Below, piece after piece: positions 53,381-64,000 of a DNA stretch of 64,000 nucleotides. Each line of letters opens with the position of its first letter. Within the stretch, counting starts at the first letter, position 1. Made by a program: the position numbers and the translations under genes. Origin of the DNA: Octopus vulgaris (Eukaryota); NCBI GenBank assembly GCA_951406725.2, contig OX597833.1:46686001-46750000 (forward strand). The letters run 5' to 3'. The notes beneath the pieces are model-generated. The model ran no database searches. It was given only the letters and a program-made list of their open reading frames with translations, and was not told where the DNA came from.

Positions 53381-54857
53381 CAGGGTCAGGCAAAATTATC
53401 TGACACATTTGTAGGTTAAATAAAAGGCAAATGAAGTAAAGAAACAAAAAAGTGTTTTTATTTTTGAAAAGTACATATAATGCCATTTTGTTTCATTATG
53501 TTTTAAAAATTATATCAGTCAAATGGGATCCATTATTGTCCACACAGTGTCGAAGGCGTTCACGAAAGTTGTCAATAACTCGGCGGGTCATTTCATGTGG
53601 AATGGCAGCAATTTCTTGACGAATTGCATCTTTAAGTTGTTCAATAGATCGAGGGCGATTAATGTATACCTTTGACTTGAGGTATCCCCAGAGAAAAAAA
53701 TCCCACGGATTTAAATCAGGTGAACGGGCGGGCCAACCGATGTCACCACGCAATGAGATCAAATGACCAGGGAACACATTCCTCAAAATCCCCATCGCAC
53801 GTCGAGAAGTGTGGGCTGTTGCCCCATCCTGTTGAAACCAAACATTGTCCATATCGTGGAGCATATTCAATTTTGGTCTGAGAAAAGTCTCTGATTTAAA
53901 TCCGTGTGATTTTTTTCTCTGGGGATACCTCAAGTCAAAGGTATACATTAATCGCCCTCGATCTGGCCCCGTGTCGGTGGCACGTAAAAGCACCATCCGT
54001 TCGTGTTCGTTGCCAGCCTCGCCTGGCCCCGTGCCGGTGACACGTAAAAGCACCGTCCGTTCGTGGCCGTTTGCCAGCTCTGTCTGGCCCCGTGTCGGTG
54101 GCACGTAAAAGCACCATCCGTTCGTGGCCGTTTGCCAGCTCTGTCTGGCCCCGTGTCGGTGGCACGTAAAAGCACCATCCGTTCGTGTCCGTTGCCAGCC
54201 TCGGTTGGCCCCCGTGCCGGTGACACGTAAAAGTACCGTCCGTTCGTGGCCGGTTGCCAGCTCTGTCTGGCCCCGTGTCGGTGGCACGTAAAAGCACCAT
54301 CCGTTCGTGTCCGTTGCCAGCATCGCCTGGCCCCGTGCCGGTGACACGTAAAAGCACCATCCATTCGTGGCCGTTCGCCAGCTCTGTCTGGCACCTGTGC
54401 AGGTGGCACGTAAAAAACACCCACTACACTCGCGGAGTGGTTGGCGTTAGGAAGGGCATCCAGCCGTAGAAACACTGCCAGATCTGACTGGGCCTGACGA
54501 AGCCTTCCAACTTCACAGACCCCAGTTGACCCGTCCAACCCATGCTAGCATGGAAAGCGGACGCTAAACGATGGTGATGATGATGATGATCTATTGAACA
54601 ACTTAAAGATGCAATTCGTCAAGAAATTACTGCCATTCCACATGAAATGACCCGCCGAGCTATTGACAACTTTCGTGAACGCCTTCAACAGTGTGTGGAC
54701 AATAATGGATCCCATTTGACTGATTTAATTTTTAAAACATAATGAAACAAAATGGCATTATATGTACTTTTCAAAAATAAAAACACTTATTTGTTTCTTT
54801 ACTTCATTTGCCTTTTATTTAACCTACAAATGTGTCAGATCATTTTGCCTGACCCTG
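53381..54857. mobile_element. Fold-back derivative of a DD41D (rosa/Visitor-type) Tc1/mariner element
   Basis: TA|CAGGGTCAGGCAAAA ... TTTTGCCTGACCCTG|TA. Minus strand encodes WFQQDGATAH...WPARSPDLNPWDFFLWGYLKSKVY with 41 residues between the D residues. The arms are ~340-bp inverted copies. Confidence 0.88.
53965..54587 (+). mobile_element. RTE 3' UTR copy with eight tandem ~60-bp modules
   Basis: Eight CGTGYCGGTGRCACGTAAAAGCACC-type modules, the conserved 3' end and (GAT)n, flanked by GATCT. Confidence 0.88.
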
Positions 54858-56201
54858 TATAACCGGATGTCTCCCCTAACACCTATCACTTTACAGAGTG
54901 TACTGGGTGCATTTTATTGTGGCGCCAGCACAAGATAATTTGTCAAGTTCTCAACCTGACTAAAATACCTTCTACATCCTACACTGACACTGCTCACTCA
55001 CCAACCCCTTTGCAAAATGTATTGGGTCTTTTTTATCATGGCACCAGCACTAGTGGAGTTGCTTTGTACTTCATAAGACCAAAAAAGAAAGTCCTCACTA
55101 CTTTACAATATGTTTTTGCTTTTCATTCACAGCAACATGACCAAGAGGGTGAATAGAAGAGAAGATGATGACAGAAGAAGAATCAGGATAAGTGAGTGAA
55201 GAATACAAGAGAATAAAGGCAATTCATGACTGCAAAAATTCTATCAGAGTGTGAGCTCCTGCATTAGAAACTGGACATTTGTCAGCTAGCATAGATTCAT
55301 GTAATAATCCTGTTCCTCATATATGTGTTGCCCACAAAAAAGGGTTTGATTCTCATGAATGAATCAATAAAATAACGTGTGCAGCTACTGGAATTTTCCA
55401 GTTAACATTTATCTGCGTGACATGGTTGATCAAGTGAAAAATGACTTCTATTCATAGTTAACAATATATCCAGGTAATGTCTTATCATTGAACAAATATT
55501 TTAAACATAATGCACAAAACAAGATATAATGTCAGTAGTCAAAGCCACTTGCATGTGAATCTGACCAAGTTAAGTCATAGCAGACCTTAATTACTAGTGC
55601 AATAGCTTTTATAGATTTTTGTTTTTTTACCATGCAAATTTTATTCTGAGCCAAGCATTAACTAATAAAAGCATGGCATATATTTTGCAGTGTGTGATCT
55701 CAACTAGCTTTTAACCTTTACCCAGAGCTCAAATCTCAGTCGTAAATTTCACTAGAAATATATAAAAAAAACAGAGCAGTCAGACAATAAAGCGATTTAT
55801 TGCACATTAGCAAGAATTGATTTTCATTTTCTCTGCAAATCCAAGAGAAAGAGCAACAACACCTGCTGTGTGTATATGTGTATGAGAGAAAGAGAGAAAC
55901 AAGCTTTCGAAATAGGAAACATTATACATGTTATGGCTGGTTCAGAAACCATTGAGACTAGCTTTTATAGATAGACACACTGAGACACATACCTTCACAT
56001 ATAAAAATACATAAATATTATCAAAGGCTAACAATATTTATATTTTTCACCACATAACTGCTCAAAGTAAGGTTTTTAATGCTAAATCAAACATATTCTA
56101 TCCTAAATATGTTAACACACATACTTCGATTGTTATTCTTCATGTAGATGGCATTTCTGTGTTATTTTTCTTTAAATAACCTTATTTTTCTATACCAATC
56201 A

Positions 56202-56617
56202 ATCATCATCATCGTTTAACGTCCGTTTTCCGCGCTAGCACAGGTTGGACAGTTCAACCGGGGTCTGGGGAGCCAGGGGCTGCCCCAGGCTCCAGTCTGA
56301 TCTGGCAGTGTTTCTACAGCTGGATGCCCTTCCTAACGCCAACCACTCCGCGAGTGTAGTGGGTGCTTTTTACGTGCCACCTGCACAGGTGCCAGAGGGG
56401 TCTGGCATCGGCCACAATCGGTTGGTGCTTTTTTATGTGCCACCGGCACAGAAGCCAGTCAAGGCGGTGCTGGCATCGGCCACGTTCGGATGGTGCTTTT
56501 TATGTGCCACCAGCACAGAAGCCATTCGAGGCAGGGTTGGCATCGGTCACGTTCGGATGGTGCTTTTTATGTGCCACCGGCACAGAAGCCAGTGGAGGCT
56601 GCACTGGCAACGGCCGC
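56202..56617 (-). mobile_element. RTE 3' UTR copy with four modules
   Basis: Reverse complement of the family at 53965 and 57650. Confidence 0.8.
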
Positions 56618-56729
56618 ATTTCCTTTCTAATTCTCCTATCATGGCTTCAGCAAGTATGGTGAATGCCATGTTTCACTGATGAGGTTAGAATAAAATCAAA
56701 ACATTTTCAGAATTGCCTCCCTTACTAAA

Positions 56730-58006
56730 ATAAACAGAAATGAAAATATTATGTGTCACCAACTTCCGTCACTTTCCAGGGAGAAAAACTAGAAATAGTT
56801 GATAGTTTCCGTTACCTAGGTGACCAAGTCAGCAGCGGGGGCGGGTGTGCTGAAAGTGTAACTGCTAGAGTAAGAATAGCTTGGGCAAAGTTCAGAGAGC
56901 TCTTACCCCTGCTGGTGACAAAAGGCCTCTCGCACAGAGTGAAAGGCAGACTGTATGATGCGTGTGTACGAACAGCCATGCTACATGGCAGTGAAACATG
57001 GGCCGTGACTGCTGAGGATATGCGTAAGCTCGCAAGAAATGAAGCCAGTATGCTCCGATGGATGTGTAATGTCAGTGTTCATAATCGACAGAGTGTAAGT
57101 ACCTTGAGAGAAAAGCTGGACCTCAGTTGTGGTGTGCAAGAGAGACGATTGCGCTGGTATGGTCATGTGGCGAGAATGGATGAAGATAGTTGTGTGAAAA
57201 AGTGCCACACCCTAGCGGTTGAGGGAACCTGTGGAAGAGGCAGACCCAGGAAAACCTGGGACGAGGTGGTGAAGCATGACCTTCGAACTTTAGGTCTCAC
57301 TGAGGAAATGACTAGAGACCGAGTCCTCTGGAAGTGTGCTGTGCGCGAGAAGACCCGGCAGGACAAGTGAGTCCATAACCCGTGGCCTTCTACTTGGGAT
57401 GGAGCCAGCCTACGTATGCATACCTTCCCTTCTTGGTACACAAAACTCTACTTGTGAAGACCTGTTGAGGCAAGTGAGGATCAACTCTACTTGTGAAGAC
57501 CTGTTGAGGCAAGTGAGGATCAGAATCGAAATCGATCAATGGAAATTGCAGATGTGTTACCAGTGCCGGTGGCATGTCGAAACTCTACTTGTGAAGACCC
57601 GTTGAGGCAAGTGAGGATCAGAATGGAAATCGATCAATGGAAATTGCAGATGTGTTACCAGTGCCGGTGGCATGTAAGAGAACCTTCCGTTTCGTGACCG
57701 TTGCCAGCACCGCCCCGTTTCGTGTCCGTTGCCAGCCTCGCCTGGCCCTTGTGCCGGTGGCACATAAAAAGCACCATCCGTTCGTGGCCGTTTGCCAGCT
57801 CTGTCTGGCACCTGTGCGGGTGGCACGTAAAAAGCACCCACTACACTCACGGAGTGGTTGGCGTTAGGAAGGGCATCCAGCCGTAGAAACACTGCCAGAT
57901 TTGACTGGGCCTGATGAAGCCTTCTGGCTTCACAGACCCCAGTAGAACCGTCCAACCCATGCTAGCATGGAAAACGGACGCTAAACGATGATGATGATGA
58001 TGATGA
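56730..58006 (+). mobile_element. 5'-truncated RTE LINE (RT C-terminus and complete 3' UTR)
   Basis: ORF 56753-57370 has LEIVDSFRYLG, LYDACVRTAMLHGSETW, RRLRWYGHVARM and GRGRPRKTW, typical RTE-clade motifs. The UTR runs into the modular array and a (GAT)n tail. Confidence 0.92.
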
Positions 58007-59163
58007 CTGATTAATAATTCTCACTATAAATTATTCCTAATCAATTTTTTAAATATTTTCTGCACTAAATGTTTTTTAGTGGATTTTACCATTTAGTTAC
58101 AAAGAAAAGAACAATGCCCATGGCCCTTTATTTTTCCAGTTCCTTTGACACTGACATGAAGAAGGGAACAAGTTATCCTAAAACCAGAGCCCTTGTTCAA
58201 ATGCAGACAACAGAATGAAATCTGCAAACTGCATTAAAAGGTCAGATAGTCATTTTAAACATTTAGTATTTAGATTCTTCAGTCAAATATAATACTTGGA
58301 TATTTACATTGCTTTGAAATTAATCATGCATTATCTTGTAGTTTTGAAATTTCAGTGATGTGATTGATTATTTCCAGAATGACATTGTAGGGTGGGTGTG
58401 AGAGGCTGAATCTGGCTGGATTTCAACATAAAACAATGTCCAATATTTGGACCTGATACAGCCTGATACAGCTAAAAGGTTAACCCAAATAATAAATGAA
58501 GTCTTTGACCCAATTCAACATAATCATCATTATCATTTTAATGTCAATTTTTCCGTGCTTGCTTCCCAACCACATGATTCTGGGTTCAGTCCCACTGCAT
58601 GGCACCTTGGGCAAATGTCTTCTACATTAACCTCAGGCTACCCAAAGCCTTGTGAGTGGATCTGGTCGATGGAAACTGAAAGAAGCCCATCGTATATATA
58701 CATGTATACATGTCTATTTGTGTATGGCTTTGTGTCTCTATGTTTGTTCTCCCATCACCACATGAAAACCAGTGTTGGTTTGTTTATGTCCACATAACTT
58801 AGCAGTTCAGCAAAAGAGACCAATAGAATAAGTACCAGGCTTAAAAAATAAGTCCTGGAGTCGATTTGCTTGACTAAAAGGTGGTGCTCGAGCATGGCTG
58901 CAGTCACATGACCGAAACAAGTAAAAGAATAAAAGAAAAAATAAGCAGACACAAATATACAGACACTCACACACATATATATGATGGGATTCTTTCAGTT
59001 TCTACCAACCAAATCCACTCACAAGGCTTCGGTCAGCCTGGGGTTACAGCAGAAGATACTTGACCAAGGAGCCACACAGTAAAATTGAACCTGAAACCAA
59101 GTGGTTAGGACGCAAACTTCCAACCCACATAACCATGCCTTTACTAACACACATATCATTACC

Positions 59164-59572
59164 TATTTCTTTATTACCCACAAGGGGCTAAACACAGAGG
59201 GGACAAACAAGGACAGACATAGTTATTAAGTTGATTATATCGACTCCAGTGTGTAACTGGTACTTATTTAATCGACCCCGAAAGGATGAAAGGCAAAGTC
59301 GACCTCGGCGGAATTTGAACGTAAAGACAGGCCAAATACCTATTTCTTTACTACCCACAAGGGGCTAAACACAGAGGGGACAAACAAGGACAGACATAGT
59401 TATTAAGTTGATTATATCGCCTCCAGTGTGTAACTGGTACTTATTTAATCGACCCCGAAAGGATGAAAGGCAAAGTCGACCTCGGCGGAATTTGAACTCA
59501 CAACGTAATGACAGACGAAATGTGGCTACACATTTCGCCCGGCATGCTAACGTTTCTGCCAGATCATTACCG
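59164..59572 (-). mobile_element. Nin-domain-type SINE dimer
   Basis: Junction AAATACC|TATTTCTTT at 59340/59341. Confidence 0.8.
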
Positions 59573-59904
59573 AATCCTCACATTTGCTGTTTCTTAATAG
59601 TCAGCCATGGGAGGAAGGGCAGTGCCTATAACCTTTACAGACCTAATTAAACACAACCTAAAAGTTATTCTGTAAACTATTTGCTGGCAAGAAAATTTTA
59701 AATGATGCAAGAAGTAACATTTTTTGACCATATATTTTAATAAGTAATTATACTAGTAATTACAGCATCTCTATTTTAGTACCACCCATTAACGACACTA
59801 TTATGTCAACATTCCTGCTTCCTGTTACTAACCTTAACAAATCAGGTTGTAATATCTACTGTATACTAGCTAACATGCTCATAACCTAACATGTTCATAA
59901 CTAA

Positions 59905-60207
59905 CTAGCAGTACCACCCGGCGTTGCTCGGGTTTGTAAGGGAAATAACTATATAAGCATTTTTAGAGAGTTACTTCCCTTATATAATAGCAAAAAAATG
60001 CATTAAAAATGGGAAAAAATGATGGTAAATTTTTTTTTAAATCGTAGACTCATCATAGACGCGCGCTAATACCCAGAAGGGCTCGATATGAATGACGACT
60101 ATAAGATACCTGCTTTTGGTTAAACTGCACCGCAAAATGTGGGAGTAGTTAGGAATCTAAATCGTAGGAGACAGACACTCACACAACTTCACTTTTATAT
60201 ATAAAGA
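59905..60207 (-). mobile_element. Non-autonomous Helitron (shorter copy)
   Basis: Reverse complement of 30122-30518 with the same TC and CTAG ends and hairpin, lacking about 90 bp internally. Confidence 0.8.
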
Positions 60208-60498
60208 TATATAATATTTCTGGTTTATTTTTTTTTATTAATCTTCAGATATGTATCTTCAGTTATGTTCCCAGACTTAACAAAAAAGAAAGGAAAAGAA
60301 AAGAAAAAATTCCATAAAGGATTGATTAAAATAACTTTACAGTCATGTATTTAACGAAGAATGTATTAATGGATTAATGAAAAGCTCTTTCTGAATTTCT
60401 GAAACATTCTCTTCGTTTAACCCATGTTCAACAAACTGGAATGAATCTGTTTAATGCTCATCTGCATTTACGATTCCCATTAAAAGCCAGGGGGGTGT

Positions 60499-60893
60499 GG
60501 AGGAGGATGTGGTGGTGGAGGTGGAGGAGGAGGAGGAAGAGGAGGAAGAAGAACAGGAGGAAGAAGATGAGGAGGAGGAGGGAGAAGAAGATGAGGAAGA
60601 AGAGGAGGAGGAAGAAGAAGAAGAGGAGGAAGAAGATGAGGAAGAAGAAGATGAGGAAGAAGAAGAGGAGGAAGAAGAAGAAGAAGAGGAGGAGGAAGAA
60701 GAAGAGGAGGAGGAGGAAGAAGAAGAAGAAGAGGAGGAGGAAGAAGAAGAAGAAGAAGAGGAGGAAGAAGAAGAAGAAGAGGAGGAAGAAGAAGAAGAAG
60801 AGGAGGAAGAAGAGGAGGAGGAAGATGAAGAAGAGGAGGAAGAAGAAGAAGAGGAGGAAGAAGAGGAGGAGGAGGAAGAAGAAGAAGAGGAGG
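60499..60893. repeat. (GAR)n polypurine triplet repeat
   Basis: About 130 GAA/GAG triplets that produce the poly-E, poly-S and K/R ORFs. Confidence 0.95.
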
Positions 60894-62319
60894 TGGTGAT
60901 GGTGGCGGCGGCGGCGGCAGTTGAAATCCTATTTTGGCGAAAGATTGAAAGACTCAGTGTGCATTTTGAATTTACAAAAATATGTTCCAAAGATAAAAAA
61001 AAAAACCATCTTAATATCTGAGAAATAAAAAAAAAACAAAAAAAAACAAGATTCAGCTCTAAAGGATTTTTGCCCCCCCCCCCCACCGCCTTCTCTCCAT
61101 TCTTATACATAAGAAACAAACAAAAGAACACGCATACACAAACACATGTACAAACATATAAAACACATATTTACTCCAACAGGCTGTGTAGCATCTTCCC
61201 TACATGTCTTGATACTAGTTGCGTCCTCTCTCTTTTCTTCTACCACCAACTGTTTTATCTCCTGTGACTGCTGCCCACACTGAAGCTCCGCAACTAACAG
61301 TACTATTATTAGTATTTACAAGCACTGGCTCCTGTCTATTTTTGATAATTCCATGTTTATCATCTGCAAACCACAAAATCAGTGCAAGAAAGGCAACAGG
61401 GGTTAAGTAGTTCGTTTTGCAACCACATGTCTCCCAGGTTCAATCTCACCTCATAGCATCTTTAACTTGCACACATTTCTTTTTTCTTTTTTTCCTCTTC
61501 ATTTTTTTCTCTCTCCTCATCTAACCTTTATGTAGCAGATAAGACCAGAGCTTGGGGCAGCCTTCTGGCTTCCCAGATCCCCGGTCGAACCATCCAACCC
61601 ATGCTAGCATGGAGAACGGACGTTAAACGATGATGATGATATATATATGACAAATTCCACCGATATCGACTTCGCCTTTCATCCTTTTGGGGTCATTAAA
61701 TAAAGTACCAGTTTCACACTGGCGTCGATGTAATCGACTTAATCCCTTTGTTTGTCCTTGTTTGTCCCCTCTATGTTTAGCCCCTTGTGGGCAATAAAGA
61801 AATATATATATAAATGTATATAAATATATATACATATATACGACTGGCTTCTTTCAGTTTCCATCTACCAAATCCACTCACAAGGCTTTGGTCGGCCTGA
61901 GGCTATAGTAGAAGACATTCGCCCAAGGTGCCATTCAGTGGGACTGAACCCGGAACCATGTGGTTGATAAGTAAGCTACTTACCACACAGACGCTCCTGT
62001 GCTTATATCTTTAAAAATGAATTCAAAATTTAAGTGAAGTGCCTAGTTTAAAATGTTCTATTTTCTAAGAAAAATCATGACCCTCCCTTCTTCCCCCATC
62101 CCACCCTGCCAAAATACCCAGAATCTCCTACAGCACTTTCTTTACATTTGCTGCTCCCGCTTGTGCTTCCCCCACCCCCACCCACAGCCAAGGCAACAGC
62201 TATTTACCCAGGTTAAGAATGATCTGCACAATCTGTTTCACTCTGCAGGTGTTCAATGCCATGCCAATGGGAACCACAGTTTGGTACGTTAGCACTCGGT
62301 CCATAGAATAATTAACTTT

Positions 62320-63350
62320 TGTGTGTGTGTGTGGGGGGGGGTGCATGACTGTGCATAGGTGTATGTGTGTGTGTGTGTGTGTGCATGACTGTGCATGGGT
62401 GTGTGTGTGCATGACTGTGCATGGGTGTATGTGTGTGTGTGTGTGCATGACTGTGCATGGGTGTGTGTGTGTGCATGACTGTGCATGGGTGTATGTGTGT
62501 GTGTGTGCATGACTGTGCATGGGTGTGTGTGTGTGCATGACTGTGCATGGGTGTATGTGTGTGTGTATATGTGTGCATGACTGTGCATGGGTGTATGTGT
62601 GTGTGCATGACTGTGCATGGGTGTATGTGTGTGTGTATGTGTGTGCATGACTGTGTATGTGTGTGCATGACTGTATGTGTGTGCATGACTGTACATGGGT
62701 GTATGTGTGTGCATAACTGTGCATGGGTGTATGTGTGTGTGTGTGTATGTGTGTGTGCATGACTGTGAATGGGTGTATGTGTGTGTGTGTATGTGTGTGT
62801 ATGACAGTGCATGTGTGTGACTGCATGAGTATGTGTTAGTGTCCATGTATGTGTGTGTGCATGAGTGCATACATGATTGCATATGTGTGTGTGTGCATAA
62901 GTGTATGCATATGAATGTAGTGTGTGCATGCATGAGCAACTGTGTGTATGTGTGCATAAGTGTGTGTTAGTGTCCATGTATGCGTGTGCACGAGTGCGTG
63001 CATGAATGTATGTGTGTGCATAAATTTATGCATATGAACATAGTATGTGCATGAGTATCTGTGTGTACGTGTGTGTGTGCATGAGTGTGTGTGTGTGTGT
63101 TCATAAGTGTGTGTGTGTGTTCATGAGTGTGTGTGTGTGTGTGTGTGTGTGCGTGTATGAGTGTGTGTGTGTGCACGCATGTGCATCAGTGTATGTATGT
63201 ATGTATGTGTGTGTGTGCAAGAGTGCTTATGTGCATGCATGTGTCCATGTATTCATGAGTTTGTAATGCTTGTGCTTGAATGCATGTGTGTTCTTGTGTA
63301 TGTGCATATGCATGTGTATGCGTGTGCATGCAATCATGCATATAAGTGTA
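62320..63350. repeat. (TG)-based minisatellite and microsatellite field
   Basis: About 15 copies of GTGCATGACTGTGCATGGGTGT(AT)(GT)n, then degenerate TG/ATGC repeats. Confidence 0.9.
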
Positions 63351-63487
63351 TGTTCACACACAAACACACACACATATGCGGGTTGGGAGAATTGGTCTTG
63401 TAGTCATAGATAACTTAAAATGAAGTGGTGGTTGTTGTTGTTTCCTGTGGCTAGCTGACATAATCATTAGCACCACAGGCAAAATGC

Positions 63488-63918
63488 TTATTTTTATTTT
63501 ATCTAGCTTCAGCTCACGAGCTGTGGCCATGCTGGGGCACCACCATTTGGTGTTGCTACATGATTTTACTTCACGAATGCTTTTTAGCAATTGCCATTGG
63601 GTGCATGAGAGAGTTCGATGCAGCTGCCCTCATCTGCACCTCCTGCCGTGAAGTTTGTTCATCTGGGACACCTGACAGGAAGAGATCCAGTTTTATTTTA
63701 AAGACATCTGCATCCACCCCATGCAGGTCTCTCAGGTTCTTCGGGAGGATATTGAAGAGCTGTGGGCCTCTGAAGCCCAGGCTATCACAGTATCTTGTCC
63801 TACATCTTGATGGCAAATTTGGAGTCCTTGGCACTATGCAGTAGCACCCAGTTCTAGTATTTGTGTAACTCTCGATGCCAAAGTTTGGGACAAGACCTTC
63901 TAGGATCTTCCAGATATA
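63488..63918 (-). mobile_element. 5'-truncated CR1-type LINE 3' end
   Basis: Reads IWKILEGLVPNFG...SLGFRGPQLFNILPKNLRDL...FKIKLDLFLSGVPDE, then a 3' UTR ending GGTGCCCCAGCATGGCCACAGCTCGTGAGCTGAAGCTAGATAAAATAAAAATAA. Confidence 0.8.
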
Positions 63919-64000
63919 TATTAGCAGTATTTCACCCGTCGCTATGTTCTGAGTTCAAATTCCACTGAGGTCAGCTTTGCCTTTCATCCTTTCAGGATCG

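Noticed and set aside
53496-54347. 283-aa ORF as a novel fusion protein
   Set aside because: It is a chance read-through from the antisense RTE array across the inverted arm into a transposase fragment.
53965-54421. CRISPR-like appearance of the ~60-bp periodic array
   Set aside because: The spacers are homologous to each other, there are no cas genes, the DNA is eukaryotic and the array is part of an RTE 3' UTR.
57911-57933. CTGATGA followed by a hairpin in the RTE 3' UTR as a hammerhead
   Set aside because: No GAAA follows the stem, and other copies read CTGGTGCAGCC or CTGACGA, so it is a plain TGAAGCC/GGCTTCA hairpin.
60441-61131. Poly-E, poly-S and K/R ORFs
   Set aside because: Pure (GAR)n microsatellite open in several frames, with no recognisable domain or convincing splice context.
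61215-61363. Minus-strand exon candidate after tttgcag (DDKHGIIKNRQEPVLV...)
   Set aside because: It ends in a stop with no recognisable homology and does not match the expected PPP1R16 N-terminus.
62249-62283. Plus-strand 35-nt micro-exon candidate (ctctgcag|...|gtacgt)
   Set aside because: The splice signals are good, but there is no recognisable peptide or partner exon, and chance matches are expected in 64 kb.

Overview
AT-rich, microsatellite-dense eukaryotic DNA. The repeat families point to a coleoid cephalopod, most likely Octopus (inference, no search run). The only host coding sequence I can support is one 71-nt minus-strand exon (36966-37036) of an ankyrin-repeat PP1 regulatory subunit (PPP1R16A/B, MYPT3/TIMAP family). 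No other exon of it is recognisable, so the window is probably almost all giant intron. The rest is mobile DNA: tRNA-derived SINEs (CORE-type and Nin-domain-type), 5'-truncated RTE and CR1-type LINEs, an (AAT)n-associated element, Tc1/mariner remnants (DD34E, DD34D, DD41D), hAT/piggyBac/pogo-like MITEs, two non-autonomous Helitrons and Penelope-like remnants. Most ORFs in the track are microsatellite or SINE artefacts. The most interesting signals are fixed-junction SINE multimers, variable-number pseudoknot-like modules in the RTE 3' UTR, a fold-back DD41D element, a SINE/LINE shared tail and two hammerhead-like motifs. Repeat boundaries were read by eye and can be off by a few bases.
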